Positions 25,971 through 38,720 of a DNA stretch of 64,000 bases are shown here, in pieces (position 1 is the stretch's first letter; each line of letters opens with the position of its first letter). The notes beneath the pieces are model-generated. The model saw only the letters and a list, made by a program, of their open reading frames with translations. It made no database searches and was not told the DNA's origin. Source of the stretch: the human T2T-CHM13v2.0 reference genome, Homo sapiens. The stretch is taken from the NCBI RefSeq assembly GCF_009914755.1, contig NC_060935.1. One strand, given 5' to 3'. Position numbers and translations under genes: made by a program.

Positions 25971-28900
25971 CTCTTTAGTCTCTAATGGAGTATGGTCGGC
26001 GGGGATCTGGGAGCACAGTGAGCAAGTGATCTAATAGACTGGGCAGCTCTGCCCTTCTTTCTTGTCTACACTGATGAAGAAACAAAGACTGACCAAGCTG
26101 AGCAAGGACAAAGCTTCTTCCTATCTCTAAGTATAACGCATGTTCCCGATGGATGTACACCCTCTGCTGAGGGCGGGTGGGGTGAGAGGCTGATCCTTTT
26201 ATTCTTATAAAACAGCAAGTATCCAGGATTAGAGCTCCTGCTCTTATCTGGACATTAAGCTCACCTCACCAAGAAGGTAGAGCAGAGTGTTGAAGGAAAG
26301 GAAAAATTAAGTGGCTTGGGAATGTGTTGGCTTTGGCACCTGGCCCCTTCACAGCAGGCTCCACCAGGAGAGAACCAGGAGTGAACCCAATGGCTATATT
26401 TGTTTTTAAGCTATTTAAGATCCTTGCAATCACACTGTTGCAATCAAATAGCATATCCCACCTTACTCTTACACTTGCAAGGAAAAGTCAATTCTACTGT
26501 TATTTCAGAGTATATGTTAATTTAGCACTTAACGCTGTCAAACTCCTGTGAAGTCTCAAAATAGAATAAAAGTGCATAAAGGTTCTTGGTCAGGTCCTAG
26601 CCAGGAAAACAAATAATCCAGGTCTTGCGGCTCCTGTTTGGACACCCCACTTTCTTACTGCCTCTCTTTGGCACTCATGAATTTGGGAGGGGGTGGGGAG
26701 AAAATTCTGGTTTAATCATTTAAGCCAGATAAGATCCCACACTAGCTGTCTCCACACATAAGAAACTAAGCAACCCAAAGAAATCATTCTGACAAATATT
26801 TAAGTCACAGCTGTGGATAAAAAGCTACGCTGTGAGAAGTTAAACTTTAAACACATGTCCTATATGGTCTGATGGGCAAGGCAAATCCGCACTTAGCCAA
26901 TGTCTTGTCCTTCCACTAACAAAAGCAGACAGCCCTGGCCAGAAACACCGTTTCTCCCATCCTTGCTTTGCACCTGCAAGTTAAGTCTCAGCTGAGGTTT
27001 CTTTGCTGAGCTTTTGGAAGGTATCTTGCAACATTACTCAAAGCAATATACATTGCGAAGTTAGAAACAGGAATTGATTGTACTTCAGCCACTGGCTCAC
27101 TACATATTTTTATGTCAATTATTTACCTTTCCTGTGACTCTATTTTCCTCTCTGAGGTATGGGCATAATGTTCGCATATAAGCAACTAAAGGTCCAGAAA
27201 AAAAAAAGTTGATTATAGTCTATATATTTTTTCAAGTTTTTGTCTTTATTTTTTCCAAGATAATAAATAATGGTGCTAGAAATCAAACCTCTTTACAATG
27301 AATGGCAGAAGACTGCCCAATTTCTTTGGCCAGTTGAAATTTTGTTGTATCGAAGTTCACATACAAAAGATGACCAATGGCTTGGAAATCTTTTTTGAAA
27401 AAGAAAGCCATTGCAAATATGCTTATTATAATGGACGCTGACTGTAGCATTAGGCCTTATTGTTCCCATTTTACAGAATAGAAAGCTAAAGAAAGTTACT
27501 TGCCCAGAGCTTATTTTTAATCAGTAACTGAAATGACGGCACCATATACATTGTCTCTAATATTTAATATTAAATTACCAAAAAAATTGCCTCAGCTGTT
27601 CACTGTGATCTGAAACATGTGTTGCCAGGGCTCTTTTTCATTCCCAGGATGAAAGATCCCTTGTAGGTATGTGGACTGACATATCGACACGATATTTCCC
27701 AGATGACCAAATCTGTCTCTTCCCCCATAAACACCCATAACAACACATATAAACAAGCTGTTCTTAAGGAAAGGACCTATTAGTTGAGTTTATATCTTTG
27801 TTGTGAACTATCTTTTCACTTCTATATATGGTTTCAATCAACTGACAAACAGAACTCATTCTAGCTTCCTCGAACCCCCAAACACAACCATCATAGAAAC
27901 AGCATTTCTGAATTGTAGGCCTAAGTGCCTTAAATGTCTCCATGGTTCCAGCTGCGCTCTCAGCATTGCTCCCACCACCATCATCCTTGCGAGGAGACAA
28001 AATCTCAGCCTTCTGTGCACAGCAGCCCTGGAGCTGAATGTCAGGGGACCCAGAGGGAGGGGACGTGACCTACATGTCTTTATTAATATTTCTGAAGGAC
28101 CTCAGAATGACAAAACATCAGTATGGTTGTGCTGAAAGTTTAAGCAGCGTAAGAAAGGGTTAAAGTAAGCAATAAATTATGGCAGAGGCAAAGAAGTGTT
28201 AACCACAGGGGGCAGCAACTAAACTTATTGATAATCAGATACAACAGAGGAGCCTGTTCTTGAAATTAATTATTTTCCAGGGTGCACTGCCTTCTCCCTA
28301 GATCTTTCTATATACTTTCACCTCCAAAATCACTCATCTCTAAGGATAGCTGGCAGTGCCTTATCCTAAAAGAAAGCATCTTTCCCTCTCAAACTACATT
28401 TGTTTCAGAAATTCTGTAAGGCCAGACTCTCTTAAGTTGCTTAGCACCAATATTTGTGTCAAAGACAAAAAAAAAAAAAATTACTTCCTATCCTTCTCTT
28501 CTTCAAATGCATATAAATGAAAGAGTTGGACAACACCATGTACCAAAGACACAAAGTCACATTTGGGTGTTTGATGCTTTCCTTCCAACGGACCTTTGGT
28601 ACCAGAAGAAAAATTTATGGCAGATTAGAAACATGGGTAAAGTAAGTAACCTACATGAATAGGGTCGGACGTTTCTCAAAGTTAAGAGGATAATTTCAAT
28701 TCTCCTCCGATCTCCTTACCCTCAACCCAGAAAAGAGGGGCAAGGCATGTGACAGGGACGCTTGGGGAGGCAAGACCTTATTTGAAAATCTGCCTGAAGG
28801 CCAACCCGTTAGACTGCCCGGGGCCCTCCACCCAGCCTCAGTTCTATGGGGGACGTGGAGTCAGGCGATGATGTCCTCTGAGGCAGCGTCCATCTCCCCT

Positions 28901-29063
28901 TAACATTAAGGAATAAGGCCAGAGGGTTCTCGCTCATTTGGGAAAATAAAAAAAGCAGGAATGGGGCGCTGGAAATTCTATAAGCTTTTCCCCACCACTC
29001 ACAAAAACACAGCTGTGAAAATAAATACCACCCCCCAAACCAAGGGTCTAGGGCCACCAACAG

Positions 29064-29105
29064 TCCTCCTCCTCCTCCTCCTCCTCCTTCTCCTCCTCGT
29101 CCTCC
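29064..29105 (+). repeat. (TCC)n trinucleotide repeat; (GGA)n in the ETS1 pre-mRNA
   Basis: (TCC)8 plus imperfect copies, ~140-180 nt downstream of the exon-1 donor. Confidence 0.93.
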
Positions 29106-29244
29106 AGATCCAGCTGCCAACAGCATCCCCCGCTCCTGAAGAAATGCACCGCCCAGAAGGGAACGGCGAAAGGGGGAAGAAGTCCAGGGGACCCCCGGCC
29201 TCTGGCCGAGAGCTTGGGTGGGGGCCTCGGCCGTCGCCACTCAC

Positions 29245-29326
29245 CCGGGGAGGGGAAAAGCTCCAGATCGACTTTTTCCGTCTTGATGATGGTGAGAGTC
29301 GGCTTGAGATCGACGGCCGCCTTCAT
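29245..29326 (-). CDS. ETS1: ETS1 first coding exon of the major p51/p54 isoform: MKAAVDLKPTLTIIKTEKVDLELFPSP plus the first base of the Asp codon (phase 1)
   Basis: ATG at 29326 in context GGCACCATGA; translation matches the known ETS1 N-terminus; 82 nt ending at the strong donor CCGG|gtgagt. Confidence 0.97.
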
Positions 29327-29645
29327 GGTGCCAGGAGTGGGGGACGTACGGGATGGTAGCAAGTTTGCAGTTACTGTTGTTTTTCTTTTTAATGAGGATT
29401 AGTAACAGGGGGAAGGGGACGGGGGAAATCCGACTTTCTTCCCAAAAATCTCAAATTCCCGCTGCCTTTCTTTCCCCCGCGCCCGGACGGTGCGCGCCCG
29501 GCACTCCAGGGGAAGTTGGCACTTTGCGGCGAAGTGAGCGCGCTCGGGTCCCAGCCTCGCCCGCGCCGCGCCCGCTCCTCCTGCCCGGCCCTCGCCCGCT
29601 CCCTCCTCTCCGCCGGCGGCTGCCTCGTTCGCTCTCGATCTCCCG
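29327..29645 (-). other. ETS1: ETS1 p51 5' UTR (start site approximate; TATA-less promoter, probably multiple starts)
   Basis: GC-rich sequence directly upstream of the ATG with no upstream AUG on the minus strand; the 5' boundary is an estimate. Confidence 0.6.
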
Positions 29646-29721
29646 GCCGCTCTCCCTCCCTCTCGCCCTCCCGCGCTCTCCCCTCCTCTTTAGGGCGTTT
29701 CTCGCGGCGCCGCGTCTCGGC

Positions 29722-29781
29722 CGCTGGGTCCGCGCGCCCTGGGCCGGGCGATGTCCGCTTGGGGGAGCGAGGGGCGGGGCG
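29722..29781 (+). ncRNA. MIR6090: MIR6090 annotated precursor (mature GGGGAGCGAGGGGCGGGGC at 29762-29780)
   Basis: Sequence matches my recollection of hsa-mir-6090, which lies in the ETS1 promoter. Whether it is a genuine miRNA is doubtful. Confidence 0.7.
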
Positions 29782-32700
29782 TCGGGGCAGGGCGGGGAGC
29801 CGGGGGCGGGGCCGAGCACCGCGGCCAATCTCCGCCCGCGGCCCAAAGCGAAAGGAAGGGCTGGCGAGCGCGGGGCCGGGCCGCGACCGCGGAGGAGCAG
29901 TGCGTGGAGCCCCGGGCCTCGGAGCCCAGGCTGGGGCGGGAAGGGCCGGGAGCGGGTGTGCAGGCTGGGTGCACAGGCCGCCTCCACCGTTTCGGGAAAG
30001 TCCGTCTGATTCTCCACGCATTCTTGAGGGCTTGGTCACCCGCTCTCGCCCCCTCCCAGTAGCAGCATAGTTTTCCAAGTGCGTGTACATCATTCATTCA
30101 CAAAGACTGACACACAGGACGTGAGGCATGTGGATGAAGGCGAGCGTGCAGGCAGGCGCAGGGGATTCGTGAGCCCGTGTCCTCAAAGGGCTTTAGGAGT
30201 ATTGGACTCCAGCCGGATCTTGAGTCAGGGCGTGTGTTTCTGAAGGAGGCTTCAGTTTTTCAGAGCCCACCCATGTAATGCTCCTGCGTTGGCAGGGGAG
30301 TCCAGAACGGGACCCCAAACTAGAACCCAGCCATGAGCTTCCGTAAGCTTCCAATTTACCTCCAGCAGTGGTTGGGTTGAAGGGGAAGTTATGATTTATT
30401 TCTAATTATTCTGTTCCTCTAATTATGTCACCATTGGCCAAAGCTTTGTCTTTCCTTTCACAGACTCTCCTCTTTTAGATAAAACTAACAACCCTCCCAC
30501 GACCGCCACCAAAAAAGTGATGCAGAGGCTCTGTGGTTTTGAATTTCTGGAGTACATCATTGGCAGCCATGACAGAATCACAATGCACAGTTTCTGTTCC
30601 ATTTGGGAACCCCCAACACTAGAGATAAAACAAAATGAACCCGAATAATTCATGGTTTGCCACTAATACATTGGTTGTAATAGAGATAGTTTGTCCTAAT
30701 TAACAAATCAACCAGTACATGTATATATCTAAATACATAGCTAGAACCAGGCACTGAGCTCCATCTTTGATTAACAGAAAGATTAAACATAAATCTTCCT
30801 GAGCAATCTCAGAGAAAGCTATTTTTAATGTTTCCTGATTTCTAAGCACATTTGAACTCCCAGCATTTGACTGTAACTGTAACCTCTGCCTCTGGTAAGT
30901 TTTGACACACAGGCTTACCTTCATCTAATCCCAGTTTTGTGCCCTTGAAGCCTTAGTAATTTGCAGATTTCCCACAGCAAATCGGGGAGGAAGCCAGGAA
31001 CAGAAAAATCTGTGGCTCCTGGTCTAAACTCCAGATTAAATCCCTCCTTAGTGACCAGAGGAAAATATTTGTATGTGATAGTCCTAATTTTTGAAAGAAC
31101 AAAGACTGTTGCAATCCAGCTGTGTTTCCACAAGGTATGAGAAAACAATGCTGGCCTCCAGATGACAAGAACAGACCCTTCTGGTCCTGGGAAAAGCCTA
31201 GAGAAACAGCTGATGAATGAATTGTACATTTACACGTCCAAATGAACCACAAAAAAAAAAAAGGTTCTTGAATCAATTCTGCCTTACTCACTATGAATTC
31301 ATCAGGAGAAGAAGTGAACAAATCTAGAGTTGCTTTGGGGAATTTTGTTTTGTTGATGTTGTATTGAGAAAATGTTGGCATTTTTTAATCCAAGTGTGAG
31401 TACTTCTCTATTTTCAAATGCAGATTCCTCAGAGCAACTCCTTTCTCTCTTCCCCAGTTTGCTCCTCAACTTTCTTCCCCAGACTAGCCTAAACACTGCT
31501 GCTAACATCCACCCAAATTAGATACTAAAAAAGCCCACCATGATTAAACTGTAAACACTTTCCACTCTAGCAATGAGGAAAATTATTCTTTCTAATTCTT
31601 CCATAGTGACAACTCAGATAGTCAATCATCCGTTTCCTAATCCAGTCCTGAAGCACAGAAACAAAATGAGTGAATGTCCAAATCAAGGAATAGGGTTGCG
31701 TAAAGCAGCAGTTTGGAGAGATAGCCAGGCGCCACCACAGGCTGCCAGGAAAGTTACCTCCAGATGATATTAATTATGAATATTTATGCCATCAGAAGTT
31801 ATGCATCGAACCCTGGATTTGGATGAAGAGCACTAATAAGGTCATGTTAAAATATTTTTTACATATTTAAGATATAATAATCTGATCAGGTCTGCCAGGG
31901 TCATGTTTCATTAATCTAATCAATGTTGATAAATGAAATTTTTATTCATTCTCTTTAGGACACAAGTAGATTTTTCTAAATGTTCATATGGACTTTAAAT
32001 GATATTTCTATGTTATCATACGCTAAAACATTGATGCCTAGCCTAGTGCCTAAGACATTACAGAGCTCAATAAATATGTGTTGAATGATGAACTATCAAC
32101 TTTTTGGTCACTATGGGCTTCCTAATTCAATGATTAAGTGAGTTTGATATGCTCTGGCTTGTGAAGATGAACTAAAAAGTGTCAGAGGCTGTGCCCTTTT
32201 CCCTTCATAGTAGAGCAGAACCTCTATCCCCAGCACTCACGTCCACTCGGTTACATGTATGCCTCAGTGTCCCCACCAGCCAAACAACAGCAGCCAAGCG
32301 TTGCCTTTCATCCACTTGGGCAAGATACTTCAATACCATATCTGGTTTTTAAGGCACTCAGGAAAAAAAAAAATCAATCAAATAAATACTTCTGTGCTTG
32401 TGCTTGTACTGCAGCAGTCTGTTCCTCCTGCATTTGGGAAAAAACAGAATTGTATTTTTAAGCATTCCTTAGACTTCGGCTAATTATATCCTACCAAGTG
32501 CTGAATTGCCTTACACTAGGAACGTGAAGTCAATAAGGGCCAAGAAAAGTCCGCAGGAGTTGGGGAACAGAAGAGTGGAGCTAGACAATAATATTAAGAA
32601 AATAGTCACCTTCATACAGGAATTCCTCAAGCACATGGAGTATGTAAAAAGCATACTTTCTTTTTTATTTATACTCCTCCCTCAACTCCACCCCAACTTC

Positions 32701-33469
32701 AATAAAAAAGAAATATAAATATACACTTAATGTTGAACAATCATGGAAGACAGACTTTCCCTCTCCAGAAGTGTCCTAGCATGTTATCTACTCCTGAGTC
32801 TTGAACTTCAACAAAACAAAGAATCTCTGAGTTTTGAGCTAAAATATGCTTTACTGAAGGTAGGTACAAAAACATTCAGACCACTAACGGCTGATCCAGA
32901 ACCAGTTTATGACTCACAGATGTTGATTTACTGGTATAAATGTAAGATTTAGAAAAAAAAAAAAAAAAAAAAAGCCCTCAATTAACAACAACCTGTCTGA
33001 GCTGCATTTGTGGTCTCATTTTTCTCTGAGAAAAGGCAACAGTCTCTGTCATACACAGAAACAAGCTTTGAAAGCTTACTTCTAAGGCAAGTGGTTTCTA
33101 TGTGAGAAGTTTAGTCATTAAAAGTCACACTAGGGAAGAAAAATGCCTGGCACTTCAATATCTACATTATCAAGCAGCAATAAAATGGAAAATTAGAGAT
33201 AGGAAGGAAAATTAAAATAACTCTCTTAATTAAACTTGGATGCCAAAAAGCCTTAGGGTCAGTTAAGGGACCCAAGCCAGGGGACTCAGATGGTACTGTT
33301 GCTGACTGCAGGCTGGCTCTGTGACCTCACCAAAGCCACTTAACCTTTTTGTGTCACAACCTCATCTCTGTTTCAGGGAATAAAATCAGCCCTAGCTCTC
33401 CCTAGAATGGAACACAGACTCATTGGCTATTGTTTAGAAGGCACAATAAACAATGAGGGTAGGAGGAGC

Positions 33470-36400
33470 TGCAGTCAGGAGGGAAGAAGGGAGGGTGGGG
33501 TGGGGTTGGGGGAGAGGGGAGGACTTGGGAGCCTGTTTGCCCTGGAAAGCTCAATATAAGAAAACAAAGAGGATAGTAGTGTGGGCTTTGGAATAAGACT
33601 CAGGTTCAAATTCTTACTCTACCAACTAGCCAGCTGAATTGCCACAGGTAAGTCATTTAAACAATCCCGAACCTCAGTTCCTCCATGTTTCAACTAGGGA
33701 TAATAGCAGCACACACCTTTTAAGGCTATTTGAATGATTAAATGAGATAATGTATGCAAAGAATTTAGCACAGTGTCTAGGTGAGAATTAGTATTTGATT
33801 ATTGTTATTAAGATCTAGTATACGGTAGAATATGTGGGAAATCACATTAAATGTCTGTCTACAGCCATCTCTTTGCAGAATAGCTTGGATGCTCAATTTT
33901 CCTGAACGATCTCCAGCGAGAGATAGAACAACTATCACCACATTTCATTTAAAAATCTCTTCAAGACCCTTCCTCAGTTCTTAAACTGGCAACCTGCCCA
34001 GCATCAGCCTCACTTGAGAAATTCGAGAACTACCTGATTGGAGAAGAGAACTAGATTTATATTTGTTTTGAGTCACAGAAAAGTGACAGTTTAAATTCTG
34101 AAAGAAGATCACATTTGTAGTGCCTCTTTGGAGACAAAACCTTAGGTCTTGGATTTGTCACATGTTAGAGCTCAATGGGAGTTTATCAGTGCTCTCCAAG
34201 TCCAGCACTCCTATTTACCAGAGGTGAAAAATGAGTGTGAGTGAGGAAATTATTATTTCCAGGGCCACACAATCTAAAAAAGTCAGTGTCAGTACTAGAA
34301 CCAGATGCCCTGATAGCAGTTCTCTCCCTGGCATCTCCTTGCATTTACTTTGCATTTCACTTTGGCAGGAGAAGTACCAGACACCCTTGAGACACAAGAC
34401 AGGATACAATGGACATGGGAGTAGATAGATGAGCAGACTCAATTTCTAGAAATCCAACTTCTCTACACTGGATGTATTGTCTTTGGGCAAATACATTGCA
34501 GGATAACCACACTATGGTTCCCTGTGGGAGACAGCTTGGCATGGGCTGTCAGGAGAGAAAGGGCCTGGGTTGGCTCTATTGCTGTCTGCAGTTTCTTTAG
34601 ACTATAATTATGAACCATTCAACTGCATCTGCAGCCCCAACAATGTGGGGTGGATTGGCCTAATCCACAGACCAAGCGACATTTTAAAATCCAGCAGTTT
34701 AGACACGTATTCCTCTTGCAGCAAATCAAACATGGCTCAGACAGGAAGAGGTAAGGAGCTGCCCAAGGTTAGAGGGTTCTGAGGTCTCATCCACACTCAG
34801 TGTTGTGTGCTTCCCTGAAGCAGGCTGAGCATGTTGCCTGGAATTGCTGCAAATGCAGAATGCAGGCTACTCTGTGAGCCTTTGGGGATCATGTAATTGG
34901 GATTCCAATTTAAATTGTCCTGAATTGGACTCTTGAGGAGGTAGAGGGATAATGGCAATAGCACAGATGGCAAGAGAACCAACATCCTTTAATAATATGA
35001 GAGAAGAGGACAGCCAGTCTCCTAGAAGCTCTGCATCCCAGGGCTACAGGATTTCACCCACTGTCCAAGGCTGCAGGTGGTTTCATCCTGGTGGAAGGCT
35101 AAGGCCTTCCTCTGATCTTACTCTGCTTTTCTCTTGGGTTACAAAGACAACATCAAACTTCAAAACAGATGTTCTCTGCAGTTGTGGTTTGAATCTTACA
35201 TTAAGACAATTTCACTGTGGAATCTTTTCCCCTCTCCCCACTACTTTCATTTAAAATGCCAAATCAATTGCCCCAAAAGACTAACATTTACCACCCCAGA
35301 GATCAAGAAGCAGAGATAAGTGGAGCACAAAAAGGAGAAATAGCCCTGAAAGGAAAAGGGACGGTGGTACAGGAGGAAGTAGTGGAAGGGAAGTCCTCTG
35401 AGAACAATGGAAGTGTAAGTCGAGGACAGAGAAGGGGAGGAGATGAGGAGGTAGAGTCACAGTGATTTTATGTTCTTGTCGTTCTGGGACTTCAGTCCCC
35501 AAGATTTCAAAATGCAGTTAAGACCTAGTAAAGTATCCCATACTTTAATTAATTGTCTTGCATGGCCAACAGTCATGGAACTACAGAAAACAGATCAATG
35601 GGAGGTCCTCATGCTGGAAGAGATGCAAAGGATCCAGGATAGAATGGAGGTGAAAGGATCTCAGGAGGTCACAGAAGACACAAGGGAAGGTCAAGCTGAC
35701 AATCTAGGCAGAATATAGAGTGTGTTTCTCAGTCTTTTCCTCACATGGACATTTGCAGTACACAAAGAATTTCCCTCACAGAAGCTGTCACCCCACCCCT
35801 GCAAGTTGCCACTTTTCTGCTCAGCTCAAGAGCACACTCCTAGTACATATTTGAATATGCGTGTCAGTCTCCTACACTCTTTAAAGGCAGCAACTGAGGT
35901 TCAGTCATTATTACACTCCATGGTGTTTAGCTCAAGGTAGTAAGAGCCCCATAAATTATGTTCATTATTTAATTAATGAACAGTTAACTTCCTAACATCC
36001 CCGTAACATTTTTACAGAAAAATGAAGCTCAGATACCAGTTTTGTTTTGCCTAGTTCGGTCTGAAGTGAGACTCAAATTTGCCCAAAGTTTAAGATTAAA
36101 GATCCAACCAACTGACTCATTTCTAACTAAAAAGGTCTTCGTAAAGTTTTATTCTGTTCCTCCCATTCCTCCCATCCCCTTAAAGGAGAATGTTGCTAAG
36201 ATCACAATATTCATTTTACTTTTTATCTAATTTTTTATTCTGAGACTTCATGTAAAAAATGACATTTGGCTCACCACGAAGTAAATCAGTTGTTTGATTG
36301 TCAGCCTGGACGTTTTATACATCACGCTATTCATATTCTCAGATGGCTGCTCAGAAGCAGTCTTCAGGAATTTCCGAACTTCGAGTTGAATCTTTTATTT

Positions 36401-38400
36401 CACTGGCTTCCACAAAGGTAAGATGTACAACTGCTATATACATTATTTGTAAGATAAGGGAAATACATGAAATGAACTCAATTTCCTCCATCTTTATGAG
36501 AAAGAATAGACTGTTACATGCTTTATGGTGAGCCAGGGTGCTTACTACAAATCCCTTTCACCTTCTCAAGTTTAATCTGTCAGGACTCCAGAAGCACTGT
36601 ATTTTGAAATATATCTTCTGGCTATACAGGTGATTCTATATTGAGGAAGGGTATGGGTTGGAAGTAGAAATGGGGGGACATGGGGATGGGCTGAGAGTGA
36701 AGATGGGAATGAAAAGGACAGGGAGGATCAAATGGAGCTGCTACAATCTAGCAGGTGGCACAGAAATATAGAAAGCAGCCCTAACCACTTTTGTCGAAGT
36801 AGAGTATTGCTCTCTGCACTTTGTTGTTTGTATCTACTAATGGGTAATCAAGATGTTGGAACAGAAAAGGCAGCTGATCTTAAAGCCTAAAAACCAAGGA
36901 AATATTGGATTTGGTGAGGGCTCATGATTTCTCCTGAGTTCTGAGGGGGAATCATGAACACACATTATTTTACATCACTTCTTCCAGAACCAGTTCCGTA
37001 TAAGAGCCCCAAGAAAACATTGATGTGTCACACTAAGAACAGCCTGCTTAGCCAGTAAATATAACATTCTTTGAGTATGTCACTGCAGTCATCCACAAAC
37101 ATTTTACTCAAGAATCTATGCCTATCTTACCTTAGGCATCCTTCAATGAGCAGCATTATAGTGTCATAATGAATTAATATGAATCCTAGCTTCACCAATG
37201 CTAACTCTACCAACAGAGGAAGTAAAATGCATAGCACTTTTTAAGTTCCCATGCTGCTTTAAACCTCTTTTCTGGTATGTACTCTCCTGAAAAGGGTGCA
37301 CAGAATCTGAGTTTCATAAATATGCAGGAACATAAATTCATTAAAACAACTTTAGGGTGTCCAGTGTAATTATTCATATTTAGAATTTACTGAGCATCAA
37401 GCATGCCAATGATGTAAAGTTGACAGATTTGAATAAGAAGCTCAAAAAGGGACATGTCAATTTCTCCAGCGTTACAGCTCACATTTGATTCTCAGCTCTT
37501 AAGGACCAAAAAGAAATGAAGTCTTCTTTAATTTGCAAGCAGCCAGCTGTGCTCACTCCACATCTTGCATCAGCCCTGTGAAGGAGTCAGAATGTAGTGG
37601 ATGGTCCTGCCCATGACTCATGAGGTGGAACAGACCCAGCTCACATCTCATCTATCTGGATTGGCTCCCATACAATAAAAATCTTTCTTCCGTTGAGTTG
37701 GTGAAAAGAAGAGAAGCAAAATGGGCATGTGTGACGTGTAAGAGGGCGCCATTTAATCAGACAGGCCTGTGAAACACTTTCAAGAGTCCAGGGCTGGCAG
37801 TGAGAGGTAATGACAGGTAACGTGCAGAATGAAGAAAGCAGAAAGCATATAGAAGTTGCTTCTTAATGGAAACGTGTTTCATCAGAATGATCAGAAACAT
37901 GTGTTCTCCCCAGATTGGGAAACCATCTTGAAAGACTTCATCACAAAAAGGCCTTGGGTGGGAAGTACCACAAGGGACCCATCCAGGAGGGGTGGGAGGA
38001 GGTGCAGCTGGGTGGGAAGCTGGCAATGGACTGTGAGAGGAAAAAACAAAGGGCAGTCAGCGCTCTCATGGCAGATTCCCAAGAGAGAACCCTTTCCAGG
38101 AATTTAAAATTCTGAATAATTGTTGAGAATTTCTAAAAATCAAGAAGATTATAAACTTTTCTTTCAGGGGATTCCACAGCATTGAGAGAGACCAGATGGC
38201 TGGCAACAAAATTCCAGATCCAGGAAAGGTCCAGCATCTACATATCCATCCACTTTTAGTGAGCTAATGCTTTCTCCTACAGAGTGTATTTGTCTAATTG
38301 AATTGAATTGAATTGAACTGAGGTGTGGAGGTAAAAAGGCTATTGCAAATAAGTGTTCCTGTTTCCAAATAGTCCATACAAAAACCTGCAGTTTCTTGCC
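33470..38400 (+). ncRNA. Approximate region of the antisense lncRNA ETS1-AS1; exons not resolvable from sequence
   Basis: Recall of an antisense lncRNA a few kb upstream of the p51 promoter. The sequence shows only a G-rich promoter-like patch (33460-33530) and + strand AATAAA at 37674 and 38438. Confidence 0.3.
33570..33810 (+). mobile_element. MIR SINE
   Basis: gggctttggaa...ggttcaaatt...aacctcagttcctccatg...gattaaatgagataatgtatgcaaag...agcacagtgtct. Confidence 0.8.
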
Positions 38401-38469
38401 AAGCAGAAACTACCAGGCTTTGGTTTCCTCACTATAGAATAAATTTAAACTCTAAAATAACCAGGGAGG

Positions 38470-38720
38470 CAACATAGTAGAGTGGGTTAAGAGCACAAGC
38501 TTGGCAGTAAATAGACGAGAGTTTGAATTTTAGCTTGGCTGCTCTCCAGATGTCAGTCTTTGACCTCAGAAAGCCTCAGTTTCTTCATCTACAGAATGGA
38601 GATGCGGAAAGTGCCTAGTTCACAGAGTTGAACTGAGATGAGATGAGATGAATGGGTGCCAAGTGCTTTGCACTGTGCATGATGCAGAATGAAGACTCAG
38701 TAACCCTTCACTGCTATTAT
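38470..38720 (+). mobile_element. MIR SINE
   Basis: gtgggttaagagcacaagc...agcctcagtttcttcatctacagaatgg. Confidence 0.8.

Larger units (their letters stand above)
29090..30230. promoter_or_regulatory. CpG island / ETS1 proximal promoter
   Basis: Very high GC and CpG density; GC boxes (GGGGCGGGG at 29771, ~29803, ~29933), CCAAT at 29825-29829, AP-1 TGAGTCA at 30221-30227 next to CCGGAT; no TATA box. Confidence 0.92.

Noticed and set aside
1-29000. Further ETS1 coding exons (PNT domain)
   Set aside because: No DMECADVPLLTP-type sequence was found; the next exon lies beyond the left edge of the window.
29353-30097. Long overlapping ORFs of 135-234 aa on both strands at the promoter
   Set aside because: Pro/Arg/Gly/Ala-rich frames are expected from stop-codon depletion in a CpG island; no recognisable domain.
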